DNA of 64,000 nt from Eutreptiella sp. 'Long Island Sound 2002' (lineage: Eukaryota; Protista; Euglenida). Shown here in pieces: positions 35,301-47,300 of this stretch. The first letter of the stretch is position 1. The number at the start of each line of letters is the position of its first letter. The notes beneath the pieces were generated by a model, which was not told the origin of the DNA, did not search any database, and saw nothing but the letters and a program-made list of their open reading frames with translations. The translations under genes and the position numbers were made by a program. The DNA is taken from positions 22,630,001-22,694,000 of the forward strand of contig OZ038378.1 of the NCBI GenBank assembly GCA_964036045.1, in the 5' to 3' direction.

Positions 35301-38300
35301 GCGTGCCCCACGCCCCCACTGACCACCATGGGGCACCCGCGATGGGGCAGGGCATGCTCCACCAGGGGATGGCGGTTTGTCAGGTGTTGCCGGGTTGCCT
35401 GCAACCCTGTCCTTCTGTGGACATGTTGCTTCTCACCCTCCACGCCTACCTCTCTCCCACAGGTTGGCAGTGGAGCCGTTGACAAGGCCTGTTGCGCCTT
35501 CTCAACATGGTGGGGTTTGGGGGGTAAGGGTCCTTCGGCAGGGACATGGTTTTGCTGTGGTTGCCTCCGCATCCTGGGGGCATGGGGGCCGCAAGAAGTG
35601 GTCTACAGAGGCCTTGAAAGGAGACAGCCAACACGACACAGGCCCCACTGCCACGGCGTGTTTTGGGTGGGGGGGATGGAGAGGAACACGAAAATTGTGA
35701 TGGTGGTGGGGATTGCAATGAATCATGGATTTTGTTTCCAGTCTCTGCCTGCCTTGGTCGATCAATGTAATGAGGATTTAGGCTATGAGATCATAAGGGA
35801 GTCGGTCCATCGCACGAGATGGTTAGGCGCCGTCTCCCCTAGCCCTGCCTCTGCCTTCAGTTGTCGGAACGGAATGGAATTGGTAGTTGTTGTGATTGTT
35901 TGGAATGACATTTGGAATGATATTCTGAATGATATTTGAATTACAATTCTGTAGGATCGACAGTCTGGATTCAATGGAGGGAAATTAAGGTGGAATTTCG
36001 AGTCATGTCCCAACTCCCCTTGTATGTTTAGTACTCCACATATCTCTGTGGGACGGTAGGGAAGGTGCCAACATGGAGCGTTTTCCGGGATCAGTGTCAT
36101 TGTTACCTCATTGGTGCCCACTACATGTACCATAGGGGCGGGGGTATGTGGGGTATATTCGGAAAGCCCTCGAAAAGGGCTATTTGGAACACCCTAGGTG
36201 TGCATGTTGTACTAACGGTATGTTTGAGATTTCTGTCCTTTTTGGATTTTACCTGTGTTGTTTGCTCCCAATTTTGTCAACAGGCAGTCACCATGTCCAT
36301 GCACAAATTCTCGCCACGTGCTGTTGCATCCCCAGATGCACCGCAAAAGCCTTTGGTTCGCAAAAGAGCACGCTCCGGGGGGTGAAAAGTGGGTGCAGAT
36401 TAGTGGCATGGCCACCCCAGCACCGCAAAAAGGCCTGGTACATGCGGATCACAGCAACTTGCATGCGACCACTAGGAACACCAGATTCTATCCGCTTCCG
36501 AGGTCCCTGCTTTTGCACCACAGTTTTTGGATATACCCCCCCCCCCTACCCATACATTTCTGAAACGGCCTTTTCGCACAAATTTCAAAAAGCATACACC
36601 CCCCCTCCCCCGAGATAACGACATTTTGGTGCATTGGACCAAAAGTTGAGAAAACCCTGCCGAAATGCGAATTTGCTCCATGTTGGCACCTTCTGGATGT
36701 CCCAAAAAGGTATTGAAATTCAAGTACTGCACTCCCCGGCTGACCTCTCGCCACACACATGTCACCATAGTGCTCATCCTACGACAAAATCATGTGTCGT
36801 ATTTTTTCCCGCGCGGGGATCACGGATCCCGTGTAAAACACACCGTAAAACACACCGTCAGATTCCACGGTGTTTTGACCCGGTGTTTGCTTCAGACGAC
36901 CCATCAAGGGTGCCCGTAATTTTACCCGCAGCTAGTGTAGGCTGCCCCTGCATGGACGACCCGTCAAAGGTGCCCGTAATTTTACCCGCGGCTCGTGTAG
37001 GCTTTGCCTTCCTGAAAAGGAGAAGGGTTGGTGTTCGCGTCGGCAGAGTGCCCCGCTCAAGCAGACGTAGATGTCCTCGTGGATGTCATGCAGGACTACG
37101 AGTGGCGGATGCTAGCGGGGGGCAAACCGCGTTTCCAGGCAGTGCGGTGGCCTAGACCGCTTGACTGCCTCGCGGGTGGGTCCAGCGGGCCGGAAGTTCT
37201 TGCCCCGGTGGCATCTTGGCACCAGGCGCTGCGCAGCCTACTCAATAGTGCCACCGCTCGTGTCTTGGTGAATGCGCTACACCGCTGCCACGAGGCTTAT
37301 AATGATGTTTGGCAGGACCTGTGGTCTCAGCGCTGTGAAGGTGGTTGTGTCCCCTCCCGGCCAGTATTCTATTTCGGCACGACAACTGTACTTCGGGCAA
37401 GTTAATCCCTCTTTGCAAAGCAGCAATGTCTGGGTAGCCAGCATCTATATTGTATTTCCTGTTTCCTTATCCAATGGATTTTGATTTTTTTGCCATGGTG
37501 GGGCAAGAATGCGTCGTGGACAGGTTTACACAACCAGTGGGCGGAACACCGAATCCGGTGGCTCGGCCGCCCTCTGAGGAGTCGTTTGATACTCTATCGG
37601 GCTGTGCACTATGAGAAGCCTGCCCCACAACCTGATCAACATGGCAGTGGATGACGTCCTCAAGAGGGTGACAGAAGCCAGGGTGTCGGAACAGATCATC
37701 CGGGAATTGCAGGGTATGTGTCCTGGAATGCTTGCTGACAGGTCCTGGTTGGTCCCGGCGACAGATGAGCTGTCGACGGGGGATAATTTGAGAGCAGCGG
37801 AGCGACTTTTCCAAATGGGGGCGACAGACCATGGTATCGAGGGGTGGATGTTGCGCAATTTGCAGAGGTTGAGGGCATAATACCAACAAATTGTGCAAGA
37901 TCGAGCCCGAAGCGAAAAAGACAGGGCTGAGAAGGGTAGAAACCCCCAGACTGGGGAAACCCTTGACGATCGGATGTATGAAGATGATGTCGCTGATGCA
38001 GGAGACAAATCGGCTAAGAGGAACCCCACAGAGCTGTCGAAAAAGACCTTGCGGAATCTGAGAAAGCGTCCTGGTGCCATCAACTAGGTCCGAAAATTGG
38101 GGCATACATTGGATACTCAAAGCGACTGGGATGAGGGATTTCCTCCGTGGGCGATTGGTGCTTACGAAATCATCATGAGTATGGACAAATGAGGCAAACA
38201 ATACCTCAAGGATGAGGCACGGGCCGACAGGGAAAAGCAGAAGCCACGGGAAAAGAAGGCCAAGAAACAGGCAAGACGACAGGCCCGGAAGGCGGCGGGG

Positions 38301-41300
38301 AAGAAGTCTCGAGATTCGTCGGAGTCCTCGAGCAGTGACAGTGAGATGAGTTCGAGCGAGGAGAGTTCCGACAGCTCCAACAGCAGCGCGGAATCAACCC
38401 CCCGAAGGAGAACTGCACGGCGCAGAGTTGGGGGAGTGTTGAGTGGGGCGCTGGAGTTTAAAATCATCAATGGCAAGCGTCACTTCAAATCTCAAGCAGA
38501 AAAATGGGCGGACGGTAGTGCACCTCCCAGCAAGCTGTGTGAGAGATGTGGACAGCGACATTGGTGGCATGAGAGGAAAGAGTTCAACTGTTCCTGAATC
38601 GCTGGTGACCAAGTGGTGCCCGGAGAGGAGGGCGAGGGGTACAGCGGGACAGCATTCCAGGAGGGGAGTGCAGAAGAGCGGAGAGGACCCATGCCCCTTT
38701 CCCGTGTTTAGGGAGCTGACGAGTCCGTGCAACAGATCGGCGAGGCCTTGTTGGACGCAGTGGACGCGGCAAAACAAGAGCTGGAGAAGGGGCAGTCTGG
38801 AAGAGATTGGAGAAAAAGAGTAGAGACGGTTACGTGGCGGGCATCCGACAATACCTGGGAGTCCTTCGCAGGTGCCCAGAGCTGGGGGTCCAAGGGGCCC
38901 TGAAGGAGGCACTTCTACAAGTGGTGCGAGCAAGACACTATGAGGGACCCATCAAGAAAGTGCTTTCGGGATTACATATCGTGGAGAAAGCAGGGAGAAT
39001 ACCGACGATCGTCCAGGCAGGAGGTTGGCAGATGTTCAGGGCAATGGAGAAGCTGCGAATCCGTAGGACGGGGGTCCAAGTGCGTTGGGCCCCGTCAGCG
39101 ATATTCCGTGTGATGGTGGCCAAGAGAGCAACGCTGTCATGGGCAGAAGCCGAGGCAATGGCGATGGCGGTTTTGGCGGGCACAAACCTGCTCTGTGTCA
39201 GCGAGGCGATTATGATACGGACAAAGGAGCAAGGAGTGTGCGAGTTTTTAGGGGTCAAGAACATAGTGGGATGGCACATGCAGCCGGTGGGACCATGGGG
39301 AGGGCGCTATCTTGAATTCCTACATTGGGGAAGGCAAAGGCACACAGGAAGGGCGGAGCAATGTGGAAATTTCGGAAGCGTACGAGAGTTGGAATAACAG
39401 TTCACGCTCTTGGTGGCATAGACATCATGGCCAGAACTGTGATGGCACAGCCTACAACGATCTGGGGCAGCCCAGCTATGGGCTAGCGGGTGCAGCAGGA
39501 GTACGTTGCAGCTGGCAGGGGATTGGAAAACCCCCACAATTGCGCTCCACTATGCCACTCCAAGACACGCCTGGATTTAGGAAGAAAGGTGCCCACAGCC
39601 AGTACCAGTGTACGAAGAGGATTCGATACAGGCCAACGTGGGCGCCTTGTGTAGCCAGCATTGGTGGGCAGCGTGGATTCGTAAAGAGGTCCGTGATTCA
39701 GGCCTTGGCAGACGTCACGGGGAGAGGCTGGGTGAAGAGAAGTCGAGACAGGCAAGAGCAAAACGACAACGCACGCGTGGTGCGTGAGACTCGGAGATTA
39801 CAGAGCGACTGGCTGGCAGAGAAGAGGATGATTCAGAGGCAAAATATCAATTCGAGGACGGAGCCACATGCTGATGGGGACGGAGAGAGGGCCGTACACC
39901 AGAGTACAGGGGAGGAAGCGAAGAACCGGTCGAGTTGCAGGACGTGCGATGCGATACAAGCGGTCACTGGTATGGCCAGTGTGCCAGGTGAGGAAGTTCC
40001 CTGGCTGAATGCCGCGCTTTTGTGAATGGTTCATGGAGTACAGGATGCGACGAATTCTGAGGGGGTGGCCGAACCTGGAGTTCTGGAGGCCATGGAGACG
40101 CTGTCACAAGTTGGCCTGTCACAGGCAAGCGCGTAGTCCTAGTATCCTGAGGAAAAGGATGCTTGCAGGGCTGACCCTGAACAGGCTAGCAGGGCGGGTG
40201 GGGGCTGTAGGTAGTGTTCAAGTGGCCCCCAGCCTGTGGCAGACTTGGGTACCAAGTGAGTTGTGCAAGAGGTACCACGATTGGGAGTCACATACTGAAC
40301 CAGAGTTATCCAAAGGCAGAGGGGTAAAGGAGATGCTGGAGGCCATACAAGTGGCGGGGGGGGGGGGGGTCTGGAAAGCAACCGGAGACAAGTAGGCCAC
40401 GGGACGGGTGGTAGTTATCCCGAAAAACTCGGAAAAGTGCACCATGATTTTGAACTGCGAGGAGCAAAATCACGCGAGTGGAGTTAAGCCAAAAGGGTTC
40501 CAGGTTGAGAAAATACGTGACCGTTTTTGAAAACGTGGTGGTTTTTGAAAACAAGCAATCGAGGTGGGGGATGTGTAAGTTAGATCTAAGCAACTACTGG
40601 AGCATCCGACTGCCGGCCTAGTGGAAGAACAATTTTAAGATATGTGGGGGAGGGGGGGGGGGTATAGATGGATCAGGCTACCTTTTGGATGGTCTTTCAG
40701 TCCGGTGGTGTGCCAGAAATTGACTGCAGGTATTGTTCGAGGTGTGTTGGCCCGTCTGCATACAGATGGTTTTGTTTACTTGGATGACATTCTTCTTGTG
40801 GCTAGACGGTCAAAGGTGAAACGAGGTGCGTGTTGCGTCGTACAGAAGCTGTGTCGGGCAGGGTTTCTGATCAGTGCAAAGTCTGTGTGTGAGCCGACAC
40901 AGAGATTACACTTCATTGGGAAGTGGTTTGATACGGAGAAAGCGAATGTGGGGCTCCTTCAACCCCTTCCGAAACTCCTAACACCGACAAACTTCTTTCA
41001 CACGTTTCCGTACCACTTGACTCGATGACGAGCGAAGGAGACGAACGAGAACTCCGTCTCCTACACGCACACCCGAGCAAAGATTTGTTGCCGTCTTCAA
41101 AGGAAGATTCGGAAGAGACCCGTCTCCTTCTACGGGAACCAACAGGGGCTATTGGTTCGAATTTTGGGGGTTGTGGGTTTTGGCTGGGATTGGACCGTTT
41201 GACTCCCTGTTGATGTCACGCCTCCTGGGGCGTTTGGAATGGGCATGAGACCCAATGCAGGTGCAGCGGCTTTCCTGGCCGGTGCATATCAGTGGATGCA

Positions 41301-44300
41301 GGGCAGCCATTTTCGCTATGGGTTGCCAGTTTTGAGGTCTTTGATGACCACCATCATTTTTGCTATATTGCCCTAGAGGCTTAAGCCTGATGTTTGTCCT
41401 GTCCTGCCTGTGAAGGGGGTGGATGATGCGCATGTCCTGTTTTGTGACGCAGCTCCGTCTAACGATGGCCGCCGATTTTTCATGGGTGTGTACTTTCCAG
41501 GTGGACAATACCGGCACTGGAGGTGTCCTAAATGGATAAGGACTTTGCAGCAGGCAGAACTGCTTGCAATTGTACGCAGTTTTCAATTGGTGGCCTTTAT
41601 GGGCTGGAACAGAGCTTATTTGGGCTTAGGCTGTTCTGTGGCGCGTGCACAGGCCACTTCCTTACGTGCTAGCACAGAGTTGCACGTTCAACAGCGTATA
41701 CTGCGCCGTTTCTTTTGGTTCCGCTCCTGGTCATGACCGGTTATGACTGCTTTTTGGGCTACTACTGAAATAAACCCTGCAGATCCAGCGAGTCGTGCGT
41801 TTGATTTTCGTAACAGGCACGGGATCCGTAGGAATGCAAACACTCATTTTCGTGCCTGGCAATTTGCACAAGAACCTGTTTGTGGCAGGCCCTGTGGTCT
41901 CAGCGCTATGAAGGTGGCTGTGTCCCCTCCCGGTCGGTACTTCCACTTGTTTGCAGCGGATGTGGTGTCACGGCGCCGGTGTGGGTGCACCAGTGCGCCT
42001 CTGTCCCATCGTGTGAGCCCTGTCGTGAGAGGGCTGGTAGGTGGTGGCCCAAAGCAATGTGGGTGCTACAGCACTCGGGACAGATGTCCCGCGTGAAAGG
42101 TGATCCGGCGTGACTTGCAGGAAGTGCAAGTGGATTGGGTGCACTGCCCTGATGGTCCATCCGTTGTGCTTCCCCTGCTTCTATGGTGGGCGGTAGTGGA
42201 TGGGGACTCCCGGATCTTGTGGCTATGGCATCAAAGGGGAGGCCCGGCGACACAATGAGAGGACGGCGGGGTGCGCGTACGACGCAATGTGGCCAGGTGC
42301 CCGCCTGGAGCGCATACTGGGCACTGTCAGGGGGGTTCTTAGTGCATGTGCAAACGAGATGGTGTAATGGATGTGGCCTCCTCCCGACCTGTGCGTGGGA
42401 CATCGGCGGGTTTGATTTGACGGCCATTGCGGCGTCGCAGGTTGTGCCGGCCTGATAGTGCGCATCACCGCCCCTGCATGGATAGCTGGAAGGTGGTATA
42501 GCTACGCCCGCCTGTCCTAGGTCGCCAACTGCAATAGTGAGGTGTCATGGGTCCTCCCGACCAGGGGAATAAGGCCCAAACCCCTGTATGGTATTCCCAT
42601 GGCGCCGGGGTCTAGACTGGCGGCCTGGCTACAGCAGCCACGGGGGTTCGTCCTCGGGTTACTCCGGGGGATCACATGAGTGGGCACACGTCCTCACGCT
42701 GGCAGTGCCAGTATCGGCAAAGAGCTGTGGAGGGCAGCTGGGTGAACTAGACTCCGTGTGGGGCCATCGCAGCGTGGATGGCCACACGAGAGACGAAGAG
42801 ATGGTGTGTATCGCTAATGGGTGACAGGGGGGGAATGTTGTTGGCCGGAAGACTCTCTGCAGGCTTTATGGGCTTTGAGGGGTGTACGTACGTGGAGTCT
42901 GGGGGTACGGAGCAGCCGCTATGGGGATGCCCCTTGACCCCAGGAACAACTCAAGGAGGTATTGGGGCTGCCCACGGGCCCCAGGAGAAACTTCATGGGG
43001 GTATAGGGGTGTCCCTTGACCCCAAGACCAACCCAGGGAGGTATCGGGACCGCCCACGGGCCCCAGGAGAAAATCAGCGGGGGTATGGGGATGCCCCTTG
43101 ACCCAGGGAGGTATAGGGGCCGCCCACGGGCCCCGGGAGAAAATCAGTGGGAGTACCGGGGTGTCCCGTGACCCCTGGAACAACTCATGGAGGTATTGGG
43201 GTGTCCCTCTAACCCCTGAAACAACTCAGAGGGGGCACTGGGGCATCCCCTGACCCCTCAAGAGAACTTAAGGGACCCTGCCTGCGGGCATGTACATAGC
43301 CTAACCGCTTGACCTATGCACACATGTCCAGAGACACGGCGACGGAGACGGTGGCGGTGGAGGGTGCAGTTTGTTAGGCACATGGGTGTGGGGCGTACGT
43401 GGCTGTATGTGGTCAGGCGAGGCTTGGTGGCGGTGTGTGCGGGAGGTGGTGCATGGCAGAGCCGCTGGCAGTAGGCAAGGGGTGTCGAAGGCTAGGTAGT
43501 GTCGGCGGCGTTGAGGGGCTATATATGTCGTGTGTGGTAGTTATGGCAGACCGGTGCACGGGGCAATGCGAGTGGCGGTAACGTGGCGAGGCATGGCGGG
43601 CAGGGTGGCGTGTCAAGTGTGGCCTGTGGTGGCCCATTGTACACAATGCTTGTATGAGAGGCCCAGGGGGTGAGGCAAAGGCCAATGCTATAAGTGGGCA
43701 TGCCACGTCACAAGTGGCTGCCGAACCTGCGGCCTTGTCACTCCTGTGGCAGAGATGGCACAACCACGGTAGCTAGCCAACCATTGCAGGTAAGGGTCAA
43801 GGGTAGGCACCAAGGCATCGTATGTGGGCCAGACGAGGTGATCCTCGTTACCACGGCCCGGGGCGAACCTCTGGTGAGTACCCCTACAGGTGGTTGATAA
43901 CCAAGCTACAACACCCACCATCCCGAGTCCCAGCCAGCGAAATTCACGAGTTGTGCCTCTCATGCCGCGGGGTGGCCGGCATCCCCCCTGTAGACCCTCG
44001 TGTTAAAATGTATGAGTATATGTACGGTGGCAACAGGCCCGCTCAGGTAACCACCTGTGGGGATGGGGGAGCTCGTCTATATATGGGGTCTTGTAGGAGA
44101 CATAGAGGGGTACAGATGCTGTCATTGGGCGGCAACGGAAAGTTATGTTGTGCACATGTGGGTTATTGTATTTTGGGCAAGGGATCAAGGGGTGGTGCCC
44201 GTGGTGGGTTGCAATACTGACGACCTATGCGACACGGAGATGGGGGCAATGAAGGCTGAGGGCCAGGCTAGGCTGGAGCTCCCCATAAATCCTGGCTACA

Positions 44301-47300
44301 AGTCTGTGGGCTCTTGCATGTGCGGTACTGAGAGGAGGGCTCAGGGTAGACGTGGGCAGTGGGGGTTATATGGTAGGGTACGCCCCGAAGGAGTACATCG
44401 ACGGGGCCTAACCTTGTTTCGCTGCATGCGTGCTGCTTTGTTTCTTGGTTGCTGCAGTGCACCCATAGGAAGCGCCCTTGCTTGCTGCTTGATGCAGTGC
44501 TGCTACGTTGCCATGCCTTGCCCCCTTACCCCCGGCGATCCAACGGGCCAGCGCTCGTCGCCGTTGCTAATGCTAAAGCTCTGCAGCTGCCACTGCCCCC
44601 AAAGCATGGTTGGCTGGTATTCCTGGTCCTTTGGATCCTCTGTCATGCTGTGGGCCACCTCAGGCAGCCCTGGGACCCGCGGGATCGAGCAAGGCAGGAA
44701 CCACCTGTCGGTGCGAGATGCCCGGTAACTCCAGTAGACGGCATGATAAGTGGTTATGACTATGACTATAACTATGTGCTTGTGTATGTGTATGCATTTA
44801 TGCATGTGGATGTACATGTATGTCATCTGTGTGATTGGCATGCACTCACAATCACACCCATGCATCGTGTGCACAAATATACACAAATGTAGCCCTTACA
44901 CAACCGCCAGTCTGCGGGGTAATGCACGGAGGTGCTTGTCTGTGTCCCAATCTCGCTTTCCTAAGCCCCGTAGGATTCTCCCTGGCACTGCGCATTTTGT
45001 AAACAAACGTGTGTGCGCGTGCACACACATACATATCCACACACGCACACACCAACGGGGCATCACACACACATACATCACAGATCATATTGTTGTTCCA
45101 ATGCCAGTTGGGACGGGGAGTGTGTCTGTGGTGGTGTGTCTTAGGACTTGTAAATGGCACGTTGAGGTTGGTAACCTTTGTTTACGCAGTAAACAATAGT
45201 TTAATACACGCGTGTGACCATCGTCGTCTTTAGAACTCACCCTCGCCGACCCTGAATGCCTTTGTCTACTGATTTTGAGTGCATGCCTGTGAGGTGAGGG
45301 AAGTAACTATTGGCCGATGAAAAGCCTGCGCATGGGTCACCGTGTCTGTGTCATTCAGGCGTGTCCTGGGCAGGTGGCAATCATTGGATAGTGAACCTCT
45401 CTCACCCAAATGCATACACATACATGACCACACACCTGCACATACGCACACAAAAAAATGTATATGTCTGCGGCGCGTGTGTGTGTTTGTGCTGCCTCCT
45501 ACAGTTTGTCGTCGCTTGCGCCTACAAGTTTGGTGCTGGGACGATGGTTCCTCCTCCTTGCCGTCTGACCACCCCTTGTCACTCAGATCCGCGGCGCCAA
45601 TGCCCCCCGTCATCACAAGTCAGGCTGCTCCACGGCGCAACACATCAAGTTTCTCCGTAGACCCGTCCGCAGGCCGCATTTCCTTCGCCCTCACCAACAC
45701 AGCTGCTCCTACATTTTCACAGGTCAACCTGTTGGTCTGCCCACACACGAGCTCGCTCCTGAATTCCAGCATTTCCGCCCTCCTCGTTTTCCCACAGTGA
45801 TGCGAGGTGAGGTGAGGTGCGGTGAGATCCGGTGCATCGCTGATAGCGAACCATTAGTCTTGTTATGAGGGCCGTGGGACTTGAACCGTGGACGCCCCGC
45901 TGTCGCGCTCATGCCATGCTCAGTCAGTCCGAGTGTTTGTTATGCAGTGCCCCCAGGGTTCGAACCAGGGTCCTACAGCTGAGGTACGTGACCTGTCTTT
46001 TTCCCACTACACCGACCCACCCTCGCTGTGGTTGTCAGTTGACCGACAAAGGCCAACCGCCTGCGGCAGTCAACTGCTGGCTCCATCAGGCGATTCGCCA
46101 ACCGGAAGTCAAAGATTGAACGATACGAGTCGACCGTAGCTGTGGGCGGTTCAGACAGCAGACACCAGAATTCTTTGTTGGGGGGGGGGTACATTAATTC
46201 ACCAGATTAACGTTAATGTTTATAAGTAACATTCATGGCAATATAACATCAACAACCAGGCAAAGAGGTGCGCCACCCTTGCACAGTGGAAGCCATGCAC
46301 ATCATTATAGTCTTCTTCAGCTTGGTATTTGGGATTAAAATGGTACATTAGACAAGATTCACCAACCGAGCATCTATGTAGTGTATCAGAAAAGCGGGGA
46401 AGTGGGGATTACAATTGTCAAGTGACAGTCTTTTGGACCACGAAATCTCATCCACCACCGCATCCAAATAGTTCCGAACACATGCAACATTTGTATTTTA
46501 TCTCCAGCGTCCACTTAATCCCTGGTCATAGGTGCAACCCAAGAATGCGTTAAAATGTTGATTCTCTGTTGACCCCGAGTTAACCCCGAGCTGCATTGGA
46601 CTTATTTTGGTCAGCAGGCCAATGCGGCGGTGTTTTCCTGGCTGTGGTTTGGTGCAGAGGCTTTAGGTGTCTCGGCTACTGAGGGGGTGCCTTAAGCGCA
46701 GTGCACGCGCAGTGCAACTATTTGGGCGTCTGGCCGTACTAGAGACCCATACTTTGAGATTCTAGGGGCCCCTAGGGGCATCATGGTGACCCCTAGGGGA
46801 GGTTTTGACTTCTGATTTTGTCCCCCTTTGTTTGGGGATCCCCGAGAATGTGACATTTCTTTCATTCTGCAACTGTGTCATGTTGTGCACACAAGTTGCG
46901 TATTCTCAATGTGTACTTAGTTGACAATGGAACACAAAGACAGTTGTGTGTTGTTGAGGATGGCGACCAATGCGCTGTTCATGGCTTTTCCACAACATGC
47001 TTGCGTGGAGGTTTGCTCTTTTATGTCCAGATTTATAATGCCTGCTGGATGTATTTTGGATATCACCGAGGTTATGTCGCTAGTGTTGGACTCCTGGATT
47101 GGTGAGTTTGGGTCACCTAATTCTAAGGGCGTTTCCAAGGGGTGTGCCTGGGGGCTCTTCGGGGGGAACATAGTCTAAGTAGCGCGCAGTGCAAGGATTC
47201 CCCCTGAGAGGATCGCCTCATTCTTCCTCCAAACCGAGGGGTTTGTTAGTTCGCTAACCACCGAGGGAGATCCAAGGTGTACTGTTGGCCAAGTCATATG

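Larger units (their letters stand above)
37490..41870 (+). mobile_element. Decayed tyrosine-recombinase retrotransposon, order gag-YR-RT-RNase H (VIPER/TATE-like)
   Basis: Four collinear same-strand relics listed below; this domain order differs from DIRS and Ngaro, where YR is last. Confidence 0.8.

Noticed and set aside
41050-41100. Translation VSYTHTRAKICCRL resembles the Nextera adapter peptide VSYTHLRAHET...CRL
   Set aside because: Nucleotide match is partial (about 17/23 plus a 10-mer) with wrong spacing, and the segment lies in a longer open insert; probably coincidence, though a read-level check is cheap
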